A stretch of DNA of 60,502 bases, from assembly GCF_947493425.1 (NCBI RefSeq), contig NZ_CANLRP010000034.1:1-60502 (forward strand). The letters run 5' to 3'. The notes beneath the pieces are model-generated. The model had not been told where the DNA came from, made no database searches, and was given only the letters and a program-made list of their open reading frames with translations. This document shows, piece after piece, positions 59,172-60,502 of the stretch. Origin of the DNA: an uncultured Microscilla sp. (GTDB lineage Bacteria > Bacteroidota > Bacteroidia > Cytophagales > Microscillaceae). Both the position numbers and the translations under genes were made by a program. The first letter of the stretch is position 1. Every line of letters begins with the position of its first letter.

Positions 59172-59549
59172 TTGCGCTCTATGACTCCTTCCTTGACTAA
59201 ATGCGTAAACCTCGAAGAGTTAAATTTGAAAGGAAATAGACTGACATTTGTACCACAAGATGTAGAAGAGCTTGCTAAACTTAGAAAACTAGATTTGAGG
59301 TTTAATAAAATTAAATCATTGCCACGACAACTCAAAAATTGTAAAAGCTTAGCAGAGCTTCGCTTGCGTGGCTATCTGCTCACTTATCAGGCCATTGCTC
59401 AAGTGAAGGACCTGTTTCTTCAGGTAAAATTAGAGTTTCAAGCAATGCTTCTGGACAAAATGCCTAAAAGATATTTTTCATCAAAAAATATTAAGTTGGT
59501 GATTTTGATAATGTTTGCACGTCTTATGTGTGTAAAACAATTAATATAA
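59172..59549 (+). CDS. Leucine-rich repeat protein fragment. It has no in-frame ATG/GTG start, and the open frame extends upstream to 59067, overlapping a 43-aa ORF (58967..59098) in another frame.
   Basis: It has LRR units (LxxLxLxxNxLxxLP) such as VNLEELNLKGNRLTFVPQDV and LRKLDLRFNKIKSLPRQL. The listed start is TTG. Confidence 0.5.
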   Translation: MRSMTPSLTKCVNLEELNLKGNRLTFVPQDVEELAKLRKLDLRFNKIKSLPRQLKNCKSLAELRLRGYLLTYQAIAQVKDLFLQVKLEFQAMLLDKMPKRYFSSKNIKLVILIMFARLMCVKQLI

Positions 59550-59555
59550 AACCTT

Positions 59556-59987
59556 ATGAATATAGCCAAAGCTCTTAAAATGAAGAATCAGTTGATCAAT
59601 GAAATCAATAAGCTGAAGGCAAAAGTGAAAAATCATAATTCGGTTGTTAAAGGAAACGAACATACCTATGACATACCCAAGCTATTGCTACAGCTAGAAG
59701 CAAAGAGTCAAGAGCTTGTAAAACTTAAAGTAAAATTGACTCAAGCCAATGCAATGGTACAAGACAAAATATATGAAGTAGGCGAACTCAAATCAATGAT
59801 TACTTTTTACCGTGAAATATCGGTAAAGCAAGGAAAAGTAAACATAGGTTATAACAATGAGTTGGTAGCGTATGAAGCTCAGTTTAAACAAAGAGACAAA
59901 GATGAAGCTATAGAAAAACTAGAGCAACGTATTATGAAACTACAAGATGAGCTAGATGCATTTAACTACACCACATCAATTAGCTAA
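59556..59987 (+). CDS. Septicolysin/DIP1984-family protein.
   Basis: 143 aa. Its start (MNIAKALKMKNQLINEINKLKAKV) and end (LDAFNYTTSI) mirror the DIP1984-family pattern MKLAEAL..RADLQKR...LD.RIQE.NW... Confidence 0.55.
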   Translation: MNIAKALKMKNQLINEINKLKAKVKNHNSVVKGNEHTYDIPKLLLQLEAKSQELVKLKVKLTQANAMVQDKIYEVGELKSMITFYREISVKQGKVNIGYNNELVAYEAQFKQRDKDEAIEKLEQRIMKLQDELDAFNYTTSIS

Positions 59988-60502
59988 AAATACAAACACT
60001 GAAAGCCATTATTTTCTTAGAATCAATAGAACAAGATACAACCTAAAGCTTCAGAGAAGCAGCTGTTGTAAGAGAAAATACATTGGGCAAACATTGAGAT
60101 ATATCAAGTCAATTATGTCAAAGTTCAATGCTTGGTGGTAAAAATCAATTTTCATATTTCACAACATAAGATTCAGTCTATTTGATTGTATAAGTGGAGC
60201 ATTGGTAAGTAGGTGTTTTTGTTTCACAACATCTAAACACTTTTGGGCAAAATGTCCGAAAGTGTTTTTTGCTTCAGGATGTCTTTAAAATACTTGTTTG
60301 GTTACTCTGTACAATTTATGAGAAATGGCTAACTTCCCTTTTTACGATAAATATTATTTGAAAGTCCACTGTCTTTAGTAGTGGGATGAAAAATAGTTGC
60401 CGAATGGCAAATGATGTTCAAACCTTTTTTTTGGTTTTCAATATATTTTTTGATGGTTTTTTCTGAAATATGCCCTACTGATTCAATATAGTATGACCTT
60501 GT

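Noticed and set aside
1-60502. Search for tRNA, rRNA and tmRNA genes, and for parS (tGTTTCACGTGAAACa) sites.
   Set aside because: In the intergenic regions I saw no cloverleaf-compatible sequences with a GTTCGAATC-like T-arm and no rRNA-like conserved blocks. Only partial tttcac matches occur near 60.2 kb, with no full parS palindrome.

Overview
This 60.5 kb window looks like chromosomal DNA from a Bacteroidetes bacterium, most likely a Cytophagales/Microscilla-like organism. I infer this from moderate-to-low GC, AT-rich intergenic regions, weak Shine-Dalgarno signals, and GWxTD, DUF1573 and DUF2723 proteins. About 44 genes are supportable. The housekeeping set is sucA, sucB (E1 and E2 of 2-oxoglutarate dehydrogenase), folK, sppA, coaX, ftsE, a transaldolase/FSA, pyrF, ftsK, pyrD, a parA plus noncanonical parB pair, PolX, a class-III aminotransferase and an SDR. 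The accessory content is a bacterial major vault protein (MVP) homolog and a DUF2723 membrane protein. Two tandem paralogous giant sensor phosphatases, each with a periplasmic propeller (Reg_prop/Y_Y_Y), a TM helix, a coiled coil and a PP2C/SpoIIE domain, one also with a GAF domain, sit between sucA and sucB. There is a macro-domain / SNF2 helicase / 612-aa unknown / WGR-domain cluster. There is an archaemetzincin and a small island of hypothetical genes at 8.1-10.7 kb, one with an N-terminal domain resembling an effector-associated domain. There are tandem lipoprotein paralogs with Arg/Ser-rich tails, an LRR gene fragment and a septicolysin/DIP1984-like protein. Non-coding signals are a 73-nt element present twice, a GC-rich ~45-nt element in two 5' leaders, palindromic TTATCCACA (DnaA-box-like) clusters at four loci, a perfect 84-nt intragenic tandem duplication, and several rho-independent terminator hairpins. 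One DnaA-box-like cluster sits beside a ~430-bp very AT-rich stretch and is a possible oriC. I found no rRNA, tRNA or CRISPR.
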